A DNA stretch of 64,000 bases from an uncultured Chloroflexia bacterium (GCA_963697135.1 CAVOMZ010000016.1:19640-83639), one strand, 5' to 3'; numbered from the stretch's first letter, positions 1 through 9,104 are shown. The notes: generated from the letters alone by a model not told the origin. A program made the numbers and translations.

Positions 1-270
1 AACGATCGTTTGTGTTGGGGCTGACGGTGGGGGAGAGACCGGCGGACTGACGACGCCCTGCTGAGAGCAGCCGACGCAGAACGGGTTACAGCTGCCAGGG
101 TTGTTGGCAGAAATCGGTACGCCCGTAGTACAGCGAGGGTTGCAGGCAGGGATGTTGATGTTCGTGGCGCCGTTGTTGCAGGTGTCCGCGTGAGTTGTAG
201 TCGGCCTGCTGAACGCCATGGACGCGAACATGATGCCCAGGGTGAACACGGCCATCAAGCCGAGCTTCAT
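1..270 (-). CDS. secreted cysteine-rich small protein, N-terminal part (CDS continues past the left edge)
   Basis: ATG at 268-270 (minus) is preceded by the Shine-Dalgarno sequence AAAGAGGAGAA (290-300). Translation MKLGLMAVFTLGIMFASMAFS looks like a signal peptide, followed by a region with 6 Cys and then a Pro-rich tail. The frame is open to position 1. It is missing from the ORF track because it is truncated. Confidence 0.45.
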   Translation of the reverse strand, partial: MKLGLMAVFTLGIMFASMAFSRPTTTHADTCNNGATNINIPACNPRCTTGVPISANNPGSCNPFCVGCSQQGVVSPPVSPPPSAPTQTIV

Positions 271-458
271 GAGCGCAGAAAGCAACTTGTTCTCCTCTTT
301 ATGATCGTTTGTTTTCAATCCAACCTCTCTTCATCCCACGACTGGGCGTTGTGAGCGCCTGGGGATTTGAGAAGAGCTTATGGGACAGATTGTTGCTACG
401 AAGTAAAGGCGGCCGAATGCTACTAACAAAGCCGTCTAAGCGGCTCCCTCTTCTTGCG

Positions 459-798
459 AGGAGGGCAGGAGGCTTCACCACACCCGTGAGCCGATGAAAT
501 TGTCTGCCACACAGTGCAGTTTCAGAAGGAGGGCGGGAGAACTCCACCCCCCGGCCCCTCCTCGCCCGGCGAGGAGGGGTGCTGAGACGCCGTCGGCGCG
601 GCAGCCAGATTGCGAGGTCTCTGACAACCCAGGCCGCACCGACCCTCCTTGCCGGGCGAGGAGGGCGAGTCTCGACGGTCTCTCGTGATTCAGAGGGTGG
701 AGTTTCTCGTGACGACGCCCTGTCGTTCGACTTGAAGCAGGACGAGCACTGTCCCTTATCGCAAAAGGGCTCGCTGGTCCTTATTTTTCATGGGAGAA
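459..798 (-). repeat. family B hairpin-rich element, copy 1 (about 340 bp; strand is relative to copy 2)
   Basis: Homologous over its full length to the reverse complement of 17264-17610. Contains a nested family C module (539-705) with two CCCTCCTCGCC-CGG-GGCGAGGAGGG hairpins (555-579, 643-665). Confidence 0.8.
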
Positions 799-862
799 GA
801 AGCCCTGCACAAAGCGTAAGTTTGGGCTTACAATGAGCCGAAACTGAGGAGGAGGATTACAA

Positions 863-1294
863 ATGGCGGTTTTCAGCGCGGAGACAACGATCCAGAAGTC
901 GCCGGACGAGGTGTTTGCTTACGTATCCGACATGGCGCGGCACGGCGAGTGGGGCGGACACGAGCTGGCGGTTGAGAAGACGTCCAGCGGCCCGGTAGCT
1001 ATGGGTTCCACGTTCTCGAGCGTGGCGAAGCAGTTCGGTACCCAGAAAGAGACTCAGACCGTGACGGAGTTTGTGCCGGGCAAGCGCTTCGCCTTCGAGG
1101 CGACGGGAGCCCTGGGTGTTGCTCGACACGTGTTCGACCTGTCGCCGTCTGGTACGGGTACGCGCGTGACCAAGTCGATGGAGATTATCAAGCCGACGGT
1201 CCTGGCCAAGGTTACGAGCTTCAAGATCAAAGGCGAGCAGCCCAAGTCGATGGCACAGGACCTGCAGAACATCAAGGCAAAGCTCGAAGGCTGA
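863..1294 (+). CDS. SRPBCC (polyketide cyclase/dehydrase-like) family protein
   Basis: 143-aa ORF. GAGGAGGAGG Shine-Dalgarno lies 6 nt upstream of the ATG. The length and sequence pattern (SPDEVFAYVSD...GEW) are typical of the SRPBCC fold. Confidence 0.65.
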   Translation: MAVFSAETTIQKSPDEVFAYVSDMARHGEWGGHELAVEKTSSGPVAMGSTFSSVAKQFGTQKETQTVTEFVPGKRFAFEATGALGVARHVFDLSPSGTGTRVTKSMEIIKPTVLAKVTSFKIKGEQPKSMAQDLQNIKAKLEG

Positions 1295-1466
1295 ATCACC
1301 GCGTCGCATCTGTAGCATCCCAGCATGCTGTGACAGCCGCATCTCGCAGCGTCCTCAGCCTTTCGACCCGAGTGTGATCCATGGCGGGGCTCGAAAGATC
1401 CGTGTGCCTGCGCGCCTCTGGCTCGAATCTCAGCGGCTAACGGCCTCCATTTATAATCGAACCGCG

Positions 1467-1862
1467 ATGGCTGACTTCGAGACGATGATGCTGCCGGGGG
1501 ACGTGACCGTGGTCGCGCCCGACGGTGGCGACGTACGCGTGCTGCTGGCGTTGGCCGGCGGCAGCTTCGCGCACTTTGCCCTCGAACCGGGCAAGACTTC
1601 GATCGCCGTGAAGCACCGGACTGTCGAAGAGATCTGGTATGTCGTGTCGGGTCGCGGCGAGATGTGGCGGCGGCAGGACGGGCGTGAGGAGGTTGTTGTG
1701 CTGGAGCCTGGTGTCTGTTTGACGATCCCACTGGGCACGCACTTCCAGTTCCGCAGTCTGGGTCCCGGCGCGCTCGGCGCGGTTGCGATTACGATGCCGC
1801 CCTGGCCGCTGGACCGAGAAGAAGCGGACCAGGTTGGAGGGCACTGGGAGTCTCATCTTTAG
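1467..1862 (+). CDS. cupin domain protein
   Basis: The C-terminal two thirds of ORF 1374..1862 show cupin-like motifs (HRTVEEIWYVVSGRGEMW ... LTIPLGTHFQF). I chose the start at ATG 1467 (MADFETMML); the start is uncertain. Confidence 0.55.
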   Translation: MADFETMMLPGDVTVVAPDGGDVRVLLALAGGSFAHFALEPGKTSIAVKHRTVEEIWYVVSGRGEMWRRQDGREEVVVLEPGVCLTIPLGTHFQFRSLGPGALGAVAITMPPWPLDREEADQVGGHWESHL

Positions 1863-1905
1863 CAGATGGATGTGTATTCATCATTAGATTGCCGATGCTG
1901 ATCTC

Positions 1906-2433
1906 ATGACGAACGACCTCAACCTCGAAGACCTGATCCGGGCGATTCCCGACTTCCCGGAGCCGGGCATCCTGTTTCGTGACATAACGCCGCTGCTCGC
2001 TAACCCGACCGCGTTTGGCATCGCGATGGACCGGCTGACGGAGTATGCGGCGTCCAGGTCGCCGGACGCGATCGTGGGAATCGAGTCTCGGGGGTTTCTC
2101 TTTGGGACGCCGCTGGCCGCGAGGTTGGGGCTGCCGTTCGTGCCGATCCGCAAGCCAGGTAAGCTGCCGGCCGCGCGAATGTCGGTCGAGTATTCGCTCG
2201 AGTACGGCTCTGGGCAGCTCGACATTCACGCCGATGCTTTGGCGCCGGGACAGAGCGCCCTGGTTGTGGATGACCTGCTGGCGACGGGCGGCACAGCTTC
2301 GGGCGCTGCCAAGCTGGTGGAGCTGCTGCAGGCGCGGGTGGCGGGCGCCGCTTTTCTCATAGAGCTGAGCGCGTTAGGTGGTCGTAAGCACCTGTCGGGC
2401 TACGACGTGTTCAGCGTCATTACGTACGAGTAG
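1906..2433 (+). CDS. apt: adenine phosphoribosyltransferase
   Basis: 175 aa. Carries the IPDFPEPGILFRDITPLL motif, IVGIESRGFLFG, and the PRPP-binding loop VVDDLLATGGT. Confidence 0.9.
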   Translation: MTNDLNLEDLIRAIPDFPEPGILFRDITPLLANPTAFGIAMDRLTEYAASRSPDAIVGIESRGFLFGTPLAARLGLPFVPIRKPGKLPAARMSVEYSLEYGSGQLDIHADALAPGQSALVVDDLLATGGTASGAAKLVELLQARVAGAAFLIELSALGGRKHLSGYDVFSVITYE

Positions 2434-2490
2434 CCAACCAGAATGTCCTGGTAAACCCGGACTTTTGCGCTTTGCTGGATTGCCCCCTCG

Positions 2491-3159
2491 TCAGGCCCAG
2501 GGGACTTTGTTGTCCCAGTGGTCCATGAACACCGTCTCTGAGGTGGGCTTGCGCCGGCTGATGCCGAAAGCTCTTTCGGAGACGGGGTAGCCCATCGGGA
2601 TCAGCAGGTGGAAGGTCGCGGTATCCGGCACGCCGAGGAGGAGGCTGACGCGCTCCATGACATCAGGGTGCAGCGTGGTCGGCAGGGAGCCGATGCCTAG
2701 GGATCGGGCGGCGAGCATGAGGTTCTGCACTGCCGGGACGACGGAGCTGCCATCGAGCTCGGGACGGGAGCCGCGGCGTCCGTAGCAGAGGATGATCGCG
2801 GGGACGCTGCTCATCGAGTTGGCGAGACGGGCAGCGGCGCGGGAGTTGCGGTCTTCGGCTGGAATGTCGTCGATTGTCTTCCAGCCGGTGCCGGCGTCGC
2901 GGCGCTTGGCCCACCAGGCTTCCTTGTAAAGAGCGCCCATCTCCTCCAGGACGTTGCGGTCGGTGATCAAGACAAAGCGGCCGGGTTGGGCGTTGCCGCC
3001 GTTGGGCGCGCGCACTGCTGCTTCCATGATCACGTGCAGGTCGTCTACGGAGATGGGGTCTGGCTTGAAGCGTCGGATGGAGCGCTGGGAGAAGAGGACG
3101 TCGCCGAACTTCATGTTGTTGAGGCGGCTGTAGTCGATGATTGGGCTGTCGGTGGTCAC
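2491..3159 (-). CDS. nitroreductase family protein
   Basis: 222 aa with a GTG start. SIRRFKPDPI near the N-terminus and the overall pattern are typical of the NADH/FMN nitroreductase fold. Confidence 0.7.
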   Translation of the reverse strand: MTTDSPIIDYSRLNNMKFGDVLFSQRSIRRFKPDPISVDDLHVIMEAAVRAPNGGNAQPGRFVLITDRNVLEEMGALYKEAWWAKRRDAGTGWKTIDDIPAEDRNSRAAARLANSMSSVPAIILCYGRRGSRPELDGSSVVPAVQNLMLAARSLGIGSLPTTLHPDVMERVSLLLGVPDTATFHLLIPMGYPVSERAFGISRRKPTSETVFMDHWDNKVPWA

Positions 3160-3432
3160 GAAACCCGTCCTTTCGGGGAGTGGAATGCGTTGTCTTTCGG
3201 CGGACAGGGTAACGCCGATGGGTAGGCGGCGGGAAGTGGCGGTCGTCGGTCCAGCACTGAGACGGTGCTCAGGCCTCGCCCGTTGGGACGGCGAAAATCG
3301 GTCCTCGAAGCTAAAGGCTTACAGCTAATCGCTAGCCGTTCTCAACGCGTGCATCTCATTGCGTTTTCATATAGGCTGAGCATGTCGCGCAGACGGCGGG
3401 GATGAAGAGGCTCAGGTGCCTGGAGGCCGCAC

Positions 3433-4926
3433 GTGACACTAGCTCTACCACTCGTACGTTCAGCTTCGGTTGAACGTGTGTGGCCCCGTATCCGAGCTCT
3501 CAACCTCGACCCGTATCTGCTGCTGATCATGGCGATTGTGGCCGCGGTCCACATACCGTCCATGGGCGCTTACTTTCACGGCGACGACTTCGTGGCTATG
3601 ACCGACCTGGTGTCGAAGCCGCCCTTGCGCCACTTGGCGGACGTTTACACGTTCGGCGACGCGGACTTTTACTGGCGTCCTCTTGGCAAGACCTACGACG
3701 TCTTTATCTACCAGCTATTCGGCCTCAGCCCGGTGGCGTTTCACATCGGCAGCGTGCTCTTCTTTGAGGGCACGATTGTCATGCTCTACTGGCTGACGAG
3801 GCGCATGGGCATGCCTCAGCCGGTGGCTGTGGCCGCTTGCTTGATCTTTGCTTTGTTCCCCAACCACGTGGTCAGTGTCGCCTGGATTACGAACACGTCG
3901 CGACTGATGGCGGTGTTCTTCTTCGTGGCTTCGATGCTGATGATCGAGCAGGCAGCGCGGACGAAACGATTCCCGGACGAGGCCGCCGCCTGGCTCTTGT
4001 TCCTGGCCGCCGCGCTGAGCGACGAAACCTCGCTGGCCCTGGCTCCTCTGCCGATCCTGTTCAGCATTCTTGTGCGCACGAAACGCGAGCATTGGACCTC
4101 CCTTGCGGCGAGAGCGCTGGCCTTCGGCGGGATGGCTGCTGCCCTGGTGCCGTTGCAGTTCATGTACACGCGTGATGACGAGCCAAGGCTTGCCACTTAC
4201 ACTTTCGGCAGCCATATCATCGACCAGACCTGGGCCTTGAGCTCTCAGCTTGTGCTGCCGATCAAGGGCGGACCTCCCATGTCGGAGGCCTTTGCTTCGC
4301 TGGATGCTTTGCAGTGGGCCGCCGGCGCGCTGACGATCCTGGCGGCGGCAGTCCTGCTGCTAGTTGGTAGCTCACGGATGCGGTTCCTGGTGATTTGGGG
4401 CGGGCTGGCTCTTGCCCCCTTTACGCTGTGGGCGGTGCCTTATACTGCGCCACGCTACGTCTATATGACGGCCGTGCCGTTCGCGATTGTGGTTGCCTGG
4501 CTGGCCTACGCCGCCTGGCAGGCTCTGGCGCCGAAGCTAAGCACCGCCCGGCTAAGGCTGGTCCCCGTTGCCGTCGCGGCGACTGCGCTTGTCGTGCTGG
4601 GCAGCTTCGCCAACATCGAGCGCAACGACACCTGGCAGAAGGCGACGGACCCTTACAGGGTGCTGGCGACGGGCCTCAAGCAGTCTTTGCCGACGGTGCC
4701 ACCACACTCGCGCCTGATCATCTATTACGGGGTCTGGGACGGCTTCAATGCCTGGCCTAACGCCGTCGTGCGTACGATCTATAAAGACCCAACGCTGGAC
4801 GCGATCAACGTACCGGCGAAGGCGTCTGAGGACTCTAACCAACCGCGTCGTGCGAACGACATCGTCGTCTTCTACGCGGACGGGCATTTCATCAGCGTGC
4901 CCTACAGCGCTGCATCGGCCCACTAG
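3433..4926 (+). CDS. polytopic membrane protein, ArnT/PMT (GT-C)-like glycosyltransferase
   Basis: 497 aa with many predicted TM segments. The acidic first loop (FHGDDFVAM) and the size resemble GT39/ArnT-type enzymes. GTG start; the family assignment is tentative. Confidence 0.45.
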   Translation: MTLALPLVRSASVERVWPRIRALNLDPYLLLIMAIVAAVHIPSMGAYFHGDDFVAMTDLVSKPPLRHLADVYTFGDADFYWRPLGKTYDVFIYQLFGLSPVAFHIGSVLFFEGTIVMLYWLTRRMGMPQPVAVAACLIFALFPNHVVSVAWITNTSRLMAVFFFVASMLMIEQAARTKRFPDEAAAWLLFLAAALSDETSLALAPLPILFSILVRTKREHWTSLAARALAFGGMAAALVPLQFMYTRDDEPRLATYTFGSHIIDQTWALSSQLVLPIKGGPPMSEAFASLDALQWAAGALTILAAAVLLLVGSSRMRFLVIWGGLALAPFTLWAVPYTAPRYVYMTAVPFAIVVAWLAYAAWQALAPKLSTARLRLVPVAVAATALVVLGSFANIERNDTWQKATDPYRVLATGLKQSLPTVPPHSRLIIYYGVWDGFNAWPNAVVRTIYKDPTLDAINVPAKASEDSNQPRRANDIVVFYADGHFISVPYSAASAH

Positions 4927-5110
4927 CTTAGTAACGGGCAAACGGCTCCAAGCAAGAAGGGATGGGCCTGGCGAGGCTTGAGTTCCCATCCGTTGTTGGA
5001 CTCGCTTTTGTGACCTGTTACTTGGTCCTGGTAACTGCGCCGAATTGACACTGCCCTGACTGGGGCGGGATGATCGCCCCGCCCCCGATGCCAGAACCCA
5101 CGAGGTAGCT

Positions 5111-6178
5111 ATGCAGTTCGGTCTTTTCTTTGAGTGGCCCAACCCCCAGACCAGCGATTGGAAGCGGTTGTTCGAGGAGAGCATCGAGCAGATACAGCTG
5201 GCAGAAGAGCTGGGGTTCGACTTCATCCTCATCGCTGAACACCACTTCTCTAACTACGGCATGTCGCCGGCGCCGTTGCTGCAGGCGCTCGCCATTGCCG
5301 AGCGCACGAAGCGCATCAGGATCGGCACGGCGGTGCTGGTGCTGCCGATGTGGCAACCGCTGCGGCTGGCGGAAGAGATTGCGGTGGTGGATAACCTCAC
5401 CGGCGGGCGCTTCTTCTGTGGCATTGGCCGGGGTTATCAGCCGCACGAGTTCGCCCGTCTCGGTGTCACATCGGAAGAGTCGCGGGGGCGCTTCAACGAG
5501 ACATTCGATGTGCTTCTCAAGGCCTGGAGCAGCGACACGTCCTTCACCTACAACGGCGAGTACGTGAAGATCCCGACCGAGGTCGTGGTCTGGCCGAAGC
5601 CGTTCCAGAAGCCGCATCCACCACTGTGGCTTGCAGGCACCAGCGCCGACTCACTGAGCCTGGCCGCTGAGCGCGACATGACGCTGCTGACCAGCTCCTT
5701 CGCGGGAGCCGACGTTGTGCGCAACACAACGGTCGAGTTCCTGCGACAGCGCCAGGCTGCCGGACGCTCGGTTGAGTCATGGGGATTGGGCGCCCAGACC
5801 TACTGCCACGTGGCGGAGAGCGAGTCTGCGGCGAAAGAAGCGCTGCAGTACGCCAAGTGGCAATTGCGGGCAAATCGCTCCCTGCAGCGCTCCGACGTGA
5901 TCGACGGCCGGGCGAATGCCATCGCCTTCGAGGGCGAGCGAGACGACGACGGCCTCTACGACGGCGCCTTCTACGGCGATCCAAAGCGTCTGATCGCCAA
6001 GTACCAGGGCCTCAATGACGCGGGCTGCACCTTCGCGAGCTGCTGGATGATGGCGGGCGGCATGGAGCACGAGCGCCTGATGCGGTCGGTGCGGCTCATG
6101 GGCCAGGAGGTGATTCCTGCCCTGCGCGATGCTCATCCGCCGTCTGATCTGGCGGAGATGGCGCTCGCCGCGAAGTAG
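5111..6178 (+). CDS. LLM-class (luciferase-like) flavin-dependent oxidoreductase
   Basis: 355 aa. N-terminus MQFGLFFEWPNP...AEELGFDFILIAEHHFSNYG is typical of the luciferase-like monooxygenase family. Confidence 0.85.
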   Translation: MQFGLFFEWPNPQTSDWKRLFEESIEQIQLAEELGFDFILIAEHHFSNYGMSPAPLLQALAIAERTKRIRIGTAVLVLPMWQPLRLAEEIAVVDNLTGGRFFCGIGRGYQPHEFARLGVTSEESRGRFNETFDVLLKAWSSDTSFTYNGEYVKIPTEVVVWPKPFQKPHPPLWLAGTSADSLSLAAERDMTLLTSSFAGADVVRNTTVEFLRQRQAAGRSVESWGLGAQTYCHVAESESAAKEALQYAKWQLRANRSLQRSDVIDGRANAIAFEGERDDDGLYDGAFYGDPKRLIAKYQGLNDAGCTFASCWMMAGGMEHERLMRSVRLMGQEVIPALRDAHPPSDLAEMALAAK

Positions 6179-6256
6179 GACGCACGAGCCGTCGAGAAAG
6201 CAACAGCGTTGCCTCACTCGACGATGCTGCCTCCCGTCGAAGTACAACGAGCGCGA

Positions 6257-6470
6257 CTCTTCCCCTAACCCCTTCTCCCTGCGGGGAGACGGGGACTACT
6301 GCTTCGCGAGTACAACCCAACGCTCTAAGCGGGCGCTGGTCTATCGCTCCAAACAACAAGCTGCAGACTCAATGCACCGCTCCCAGTCCCTTTCTACAAA
6401 GGATGGTGATCGGCCGCCGTTACGGGACCTGTTCCCGTCTCCCCGCAGGGAGAAGGGGTTAGGGGAAGAG
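6257..6470. repeat. MITE-like unit with perfect 37-bp terminal inverted repeats (family D hairpins)
   Basis: 6257-6293 (CTCTTCCCCTAACCCCTTCTCCCTGCGGGGAGACGGG) is the exact reverse complement of 6434-6470. The arms flank 140 bp of non-coding sequence. Confidence 0.7.
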
Positions 6471-6540
6471 GTTGCCCCGCGAGGCGTTAGAATAGGCGCC
6501 GGCCCGCCAGAGTCCGCTCGATAGGTTGAGGAGACTACAG

Positions 6541-7566
6541 ATGATTATCGATATGCACGCCCACGTTACGCCTGAGAACTTCCCGCCGTCTGCCGGTCGC
6601 GGCAAGCTGTGGCCCACGATGGACCACTTCGAGCCCGGGCGGTCCAAGGTGATGATCGACGGCGCCAACTTCAGGACCCTGACTTCCGGCAACTGGGACA
6701 ACAACGTCCGCCTTAAGGACATGGAGTCGCACGGAGTCATCGCGGAGGCGATCACACCGATGCCGGAGCTGCTGTCCTATTGGTTCACGCCTCAGGACGG
6801 GCTGGACTTCTCGCGCCACGTCAATGAGTACATCGTGGGCATGGTCAACAAGTCGCCGGGCCACTTCTTCGGCCTGGGCATGGTGCCGCTGCAGGACCCG
6901 GACATGGCGGCCAAGGAGCTTTCGAACATGAAGGCCGCCGGGCTGTTGGGCGTTGAGCTGGGCTCGAACATCGAGGGCAAGTACCTCGGCGACGCGATGT
7001 TCACGGGCTTCTTCCAGGAGGCAGAGCGGCTGGGCATGTGCATCTTCGTCCACTCGCTGCACCCGACCATGATGGATGACTTCCCAACGCCGGCGCTCTC
7101 CAACCCCGTCGGCTTCCCGAGCGAGACTTGTTTGACCATCGCATCCTTCATTGCCGGCGGTACGGCGGAGAAGGTGCCGAACCTGCGCATTGCGTGGAGC
7201 CACGGCGGCGGTACGTTCCCCTTCCTGCTCGGCCGGTATCAGAACCAGTGGAGCGGCACGTGGAACGAGGAGCCGCCGACGGCCAACCGGGGCACCGCGG
7301 CACCCGGCGCGCAGGCCCACAGCCCGGCGGAGATCGCCCGGCGCTTCTACTGGGACACGCTGCTGTTCGACGGCCGCGCCATTCGCTACCTCATCGACAT
7401 GATGGGCCCGAAGCAGGTGCTCGTGGGTACGGACTATCCTTACCAGCCGCCGGAGCGTCCGGCGGACAAGACGCTGAGCGCACTCGGCCTTTCCAAGGAA
7501 GTCCACGACGATATCACGTGGAACAACACCTTCCGCTTCCTGGGCGTAGACGCCCCGAAGTTCTAA
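6541..7566 (+). CDS. amidohydrolase-2 family protein (ACMSD/LigW/LigJ-like)
   Basis: Begins MIIDMHAHV (metal-binding HxH). Amidohydrolase_2-like pattern ending ...VLVGTDYPY. GAGGAG Shine-Dalgarno lies upstream of ATG 6541. Confidence 0.8.
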   Translation: MIIDMHAHVTPENFPPSAGRGKLWPTMDHFEPGRSKVMIDGANFRTLTSGNWDNNVRLKDMESHGVIAEAITPMPELLSYWFTPQDGLDFSRHVNEYIVGMVNKSPGHFFGLGMVPLQDPDMAAKELSNMKAAGLLGVELGSNIEGKYLGDAMFTGFFQEAERLGMCIFVHSLHPTMMDDFPTPALSNPVGFPSETCLTIASFIAGGTAEKVPNLRIAWSHGGGTFPFLLGRYQNQWSGTWNEEPPTANRGTAAPGAQAHSPAEIARRFYWDTLLFDGRAIRYLIDMMGPKQVLVGTDYPYQPPERPADKTLSALGLSKEVHDDITWNNTFRFLGVDAPKF

Positions 7567-7600
7567 CCCGCGGCGCTCTCGCTTCACTCGGCCAACAAAC

Positions 7601-7629
7601 AAGGGGACTGGCATTGTGCCGGTCCCCTT
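7601..7629. terminator. hairpin between convergent genes
   Basis: AAGGGGACTGGC-attgt-GCCGGTCCCCTT: a 12-bp stem with one G:T pair. It sits 35 nt after the amidohydrolase stop and 50 nt after the stop of the minus-strand gene. There is no strong U-tract. Confidence 0.4.
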
Positions 7630-7679
7630 GCTTCCGCACGTCTTCGGAAGCGCCTAAGCCCAACTCACTAGTTCACGGG

Positions 7680-8084
7680 CTAGAACGAGAAGGTGACGAC
7701 CAGGAAGAGGTGCGTCGATAGATACCAATCGCCGTGCAGCGCCTGGTCGTGGGTGATGTAGCCGTCGTCTGCCCAGTTGTCGAGGATGGTGCGGTTGTGC
7801 TCGACCAGGCCGTTGGTGAACTCGACAGGACCATCGCCGTGCTGTTGAGCCAGCTCGTTGAGGCTAACGCCGTTGAGCAGTGAGTCGCGGACGACGACTG
7901 GGCTGACGCCGATGGTCTCGGCCGCGGCGAGGACGATGCTCTCGCGCAGCCAGGGGCGAGGTCCGAACTCGGACTGCAGGCCGTTGTCCGGGCCGGCGGC
8001 AGAAGCTACACCCGACCCCATGACGGTCATGCCGATGCCGGCGAAGACTGCCATTGCTACGAACCACTTAGCGAACTTTTTCAT
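7680..8084 (-). CDS. small secreted hypothetical protein
   Basis: Start at ATG 8084 (MKKFAKWFVAMAVFAGIGMTVMGSGVASA is signal-peptide-like), with AAAGGAGAGA Shine-Dalgarno upstream. 134 aa. No family recognised. Confidence 0.5.
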   Translation of the reverse strand: MKKFAKWFVAMAVFAGIGMTVMGSGVASAAGPDNGLQSEFGPRPWLRESIVLAAAETIGVSPVVVRDSLLNGVSLNELAQQHGDGPVEFTNGLVEHNRTILDNWADDGYITHDQALHGDWYLSTHLFLVVTFSF

Positions 8085-8235
8085 GACTCTCTCCTTTTTG
8101 CTACTGAGGCCTCTGTGGCCCGTTCGCAGGAGAAATCTGTCGTGGTGTGCCTGAGGTATCGGGCGAAATGTCAAAAGAGCGCTAAAGAACGTCTGGATCT
8201 TGGCACTGAGAAAGAGAGACCAGCTCCAAAAATGC

Positions 8236-8637
8236 CTACGAGGCACTCTCAAGCCGTAGCGATGGAATGTCTTTGTAGTCGCGCACATTGCGGGTGACTA
8301 GAGTCAGGTCGTTTTCGAGAGCCGTGGCGGCGATCAGCAAGTCAAAGGCCCGTCTGTTGGGTCGTTTGCCCTGCCGAAGCAGTTCCTCGCGAAGGTTGGC
8401 GCATCGTTCCGCCACAGCGAGGGTGATGAACAGGATTGGAACTTCCTCGACGAAGGCCCGTAAATTGGCCAACGCGTTATTTGGGTCAGCGGCGCGCAGC
8501 GAGCCCTGGAAGACTTCCATGTAGGTGATGATGCTGACGTAGATAGGTTGTTCCGCTAAGCGAGCAAGGAGTTGAGTGGCTTCAGGCACCTGGTCGAGAT
8601 GATCTATGACCCAGTCGGAATCTACCAGGTAGGCCAT
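8236..8637 (-). CDS. vapC: PIN-domain type II toxin VapC
   Basis: 133 aa. MAYLVDSDWVI (Asp at position 6), a conserved Glu (YMEV) and the C-terminal LVTRNVRDY are typical of VapC. The gene starts 4 nt after the upstream antitoxin gene stop. Confidence 0.85.
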   Translation of the reverse strand: MAYLVDSDWVIDHLDQVPEATQLLARLAEQPIYVSIITYMEVFQGSLRAADPNNALANLRAFVEEVPILFITLAVAERCANLREELLRQGKRPNRRAFDLLIAATALENDLTLVTRNVRDYKDIPSLRLESAS

Positions 8638-8641
8638 TCAA

Positions 8642-8935
8642 TCAGGCCGGAGGGCGTCTGTCGGCCTGTGCCCGGCCGGCATGGATGTCCTTCATGATGG
8701 CCGCGCGGTCGATTCCCTTGAAGCCGCCCGCGGTGCGGGCAAGCATCCTTCTCACGTCTGAAGGATCGTGTGCTGGGGGAGAAGGATCAGCGACTTCCGC
8801 AGTCGGCTCGACGCGATAGAGGCGGCCGCCCTTCTCTACGAGGACCGCTTCGTCCTCGCGTGCCATGAGGTCGAACAAGGCCGGGAGATGAGCGGCGAAG
8901 TCGTCGAAAGTGATCGTGCGCGTTTCTTTGGTCAT
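8642..8935 (-). CDS. type II antitoxin (VapB/Phd-YefM-like)
   Basis: 97 aa from ATG 8935 (MTKETRTITFDDFAAHLPALFDLM...). The assignment rests on small size, position immediately upstream of vapC, and tight spacing. Confidence 0.6.
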   Translation of the reverse strand: MTKETRTITFDDFAAHLPALFDLMAREDEAVLVEKGGRLYRVEPTAEVADPSPPAHDPSDVRRMLARTAGGFKGIDRAAIMKDIHAGRAQADRRPPA

Positions 8936-9040
8936 ATCGTTCTTCGCCCTCCTCCTTCGGATAATACTGCATCTTATCTTGCCCACTCGTTGGTCAAAGA
9001 CGACCCCTTCAGCCAAGGCGACTGCTCAGGCCGACGAAAT

Positions 9041-9075
9041 AAGAGAGGCCGGAGGATTATCCTCCGGCCTCTCTT
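9041..9075 (-). terminator. intrinsic-terminator-like hairpin after the solute-binding protein gene
   Basis: AAGAGAGGCCGGAGG-attat-CCTCCGGCCTCTCTT: a perfect 15-bp stem 30 nt downstream of the stop at 9105. On the minus strand it is followed by ATTTCGT. Confidence 0.6.
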
Positions 9076-9104
9076 AAATCGTGCGCAATCGAAGGCTAGG
9101 CGGG

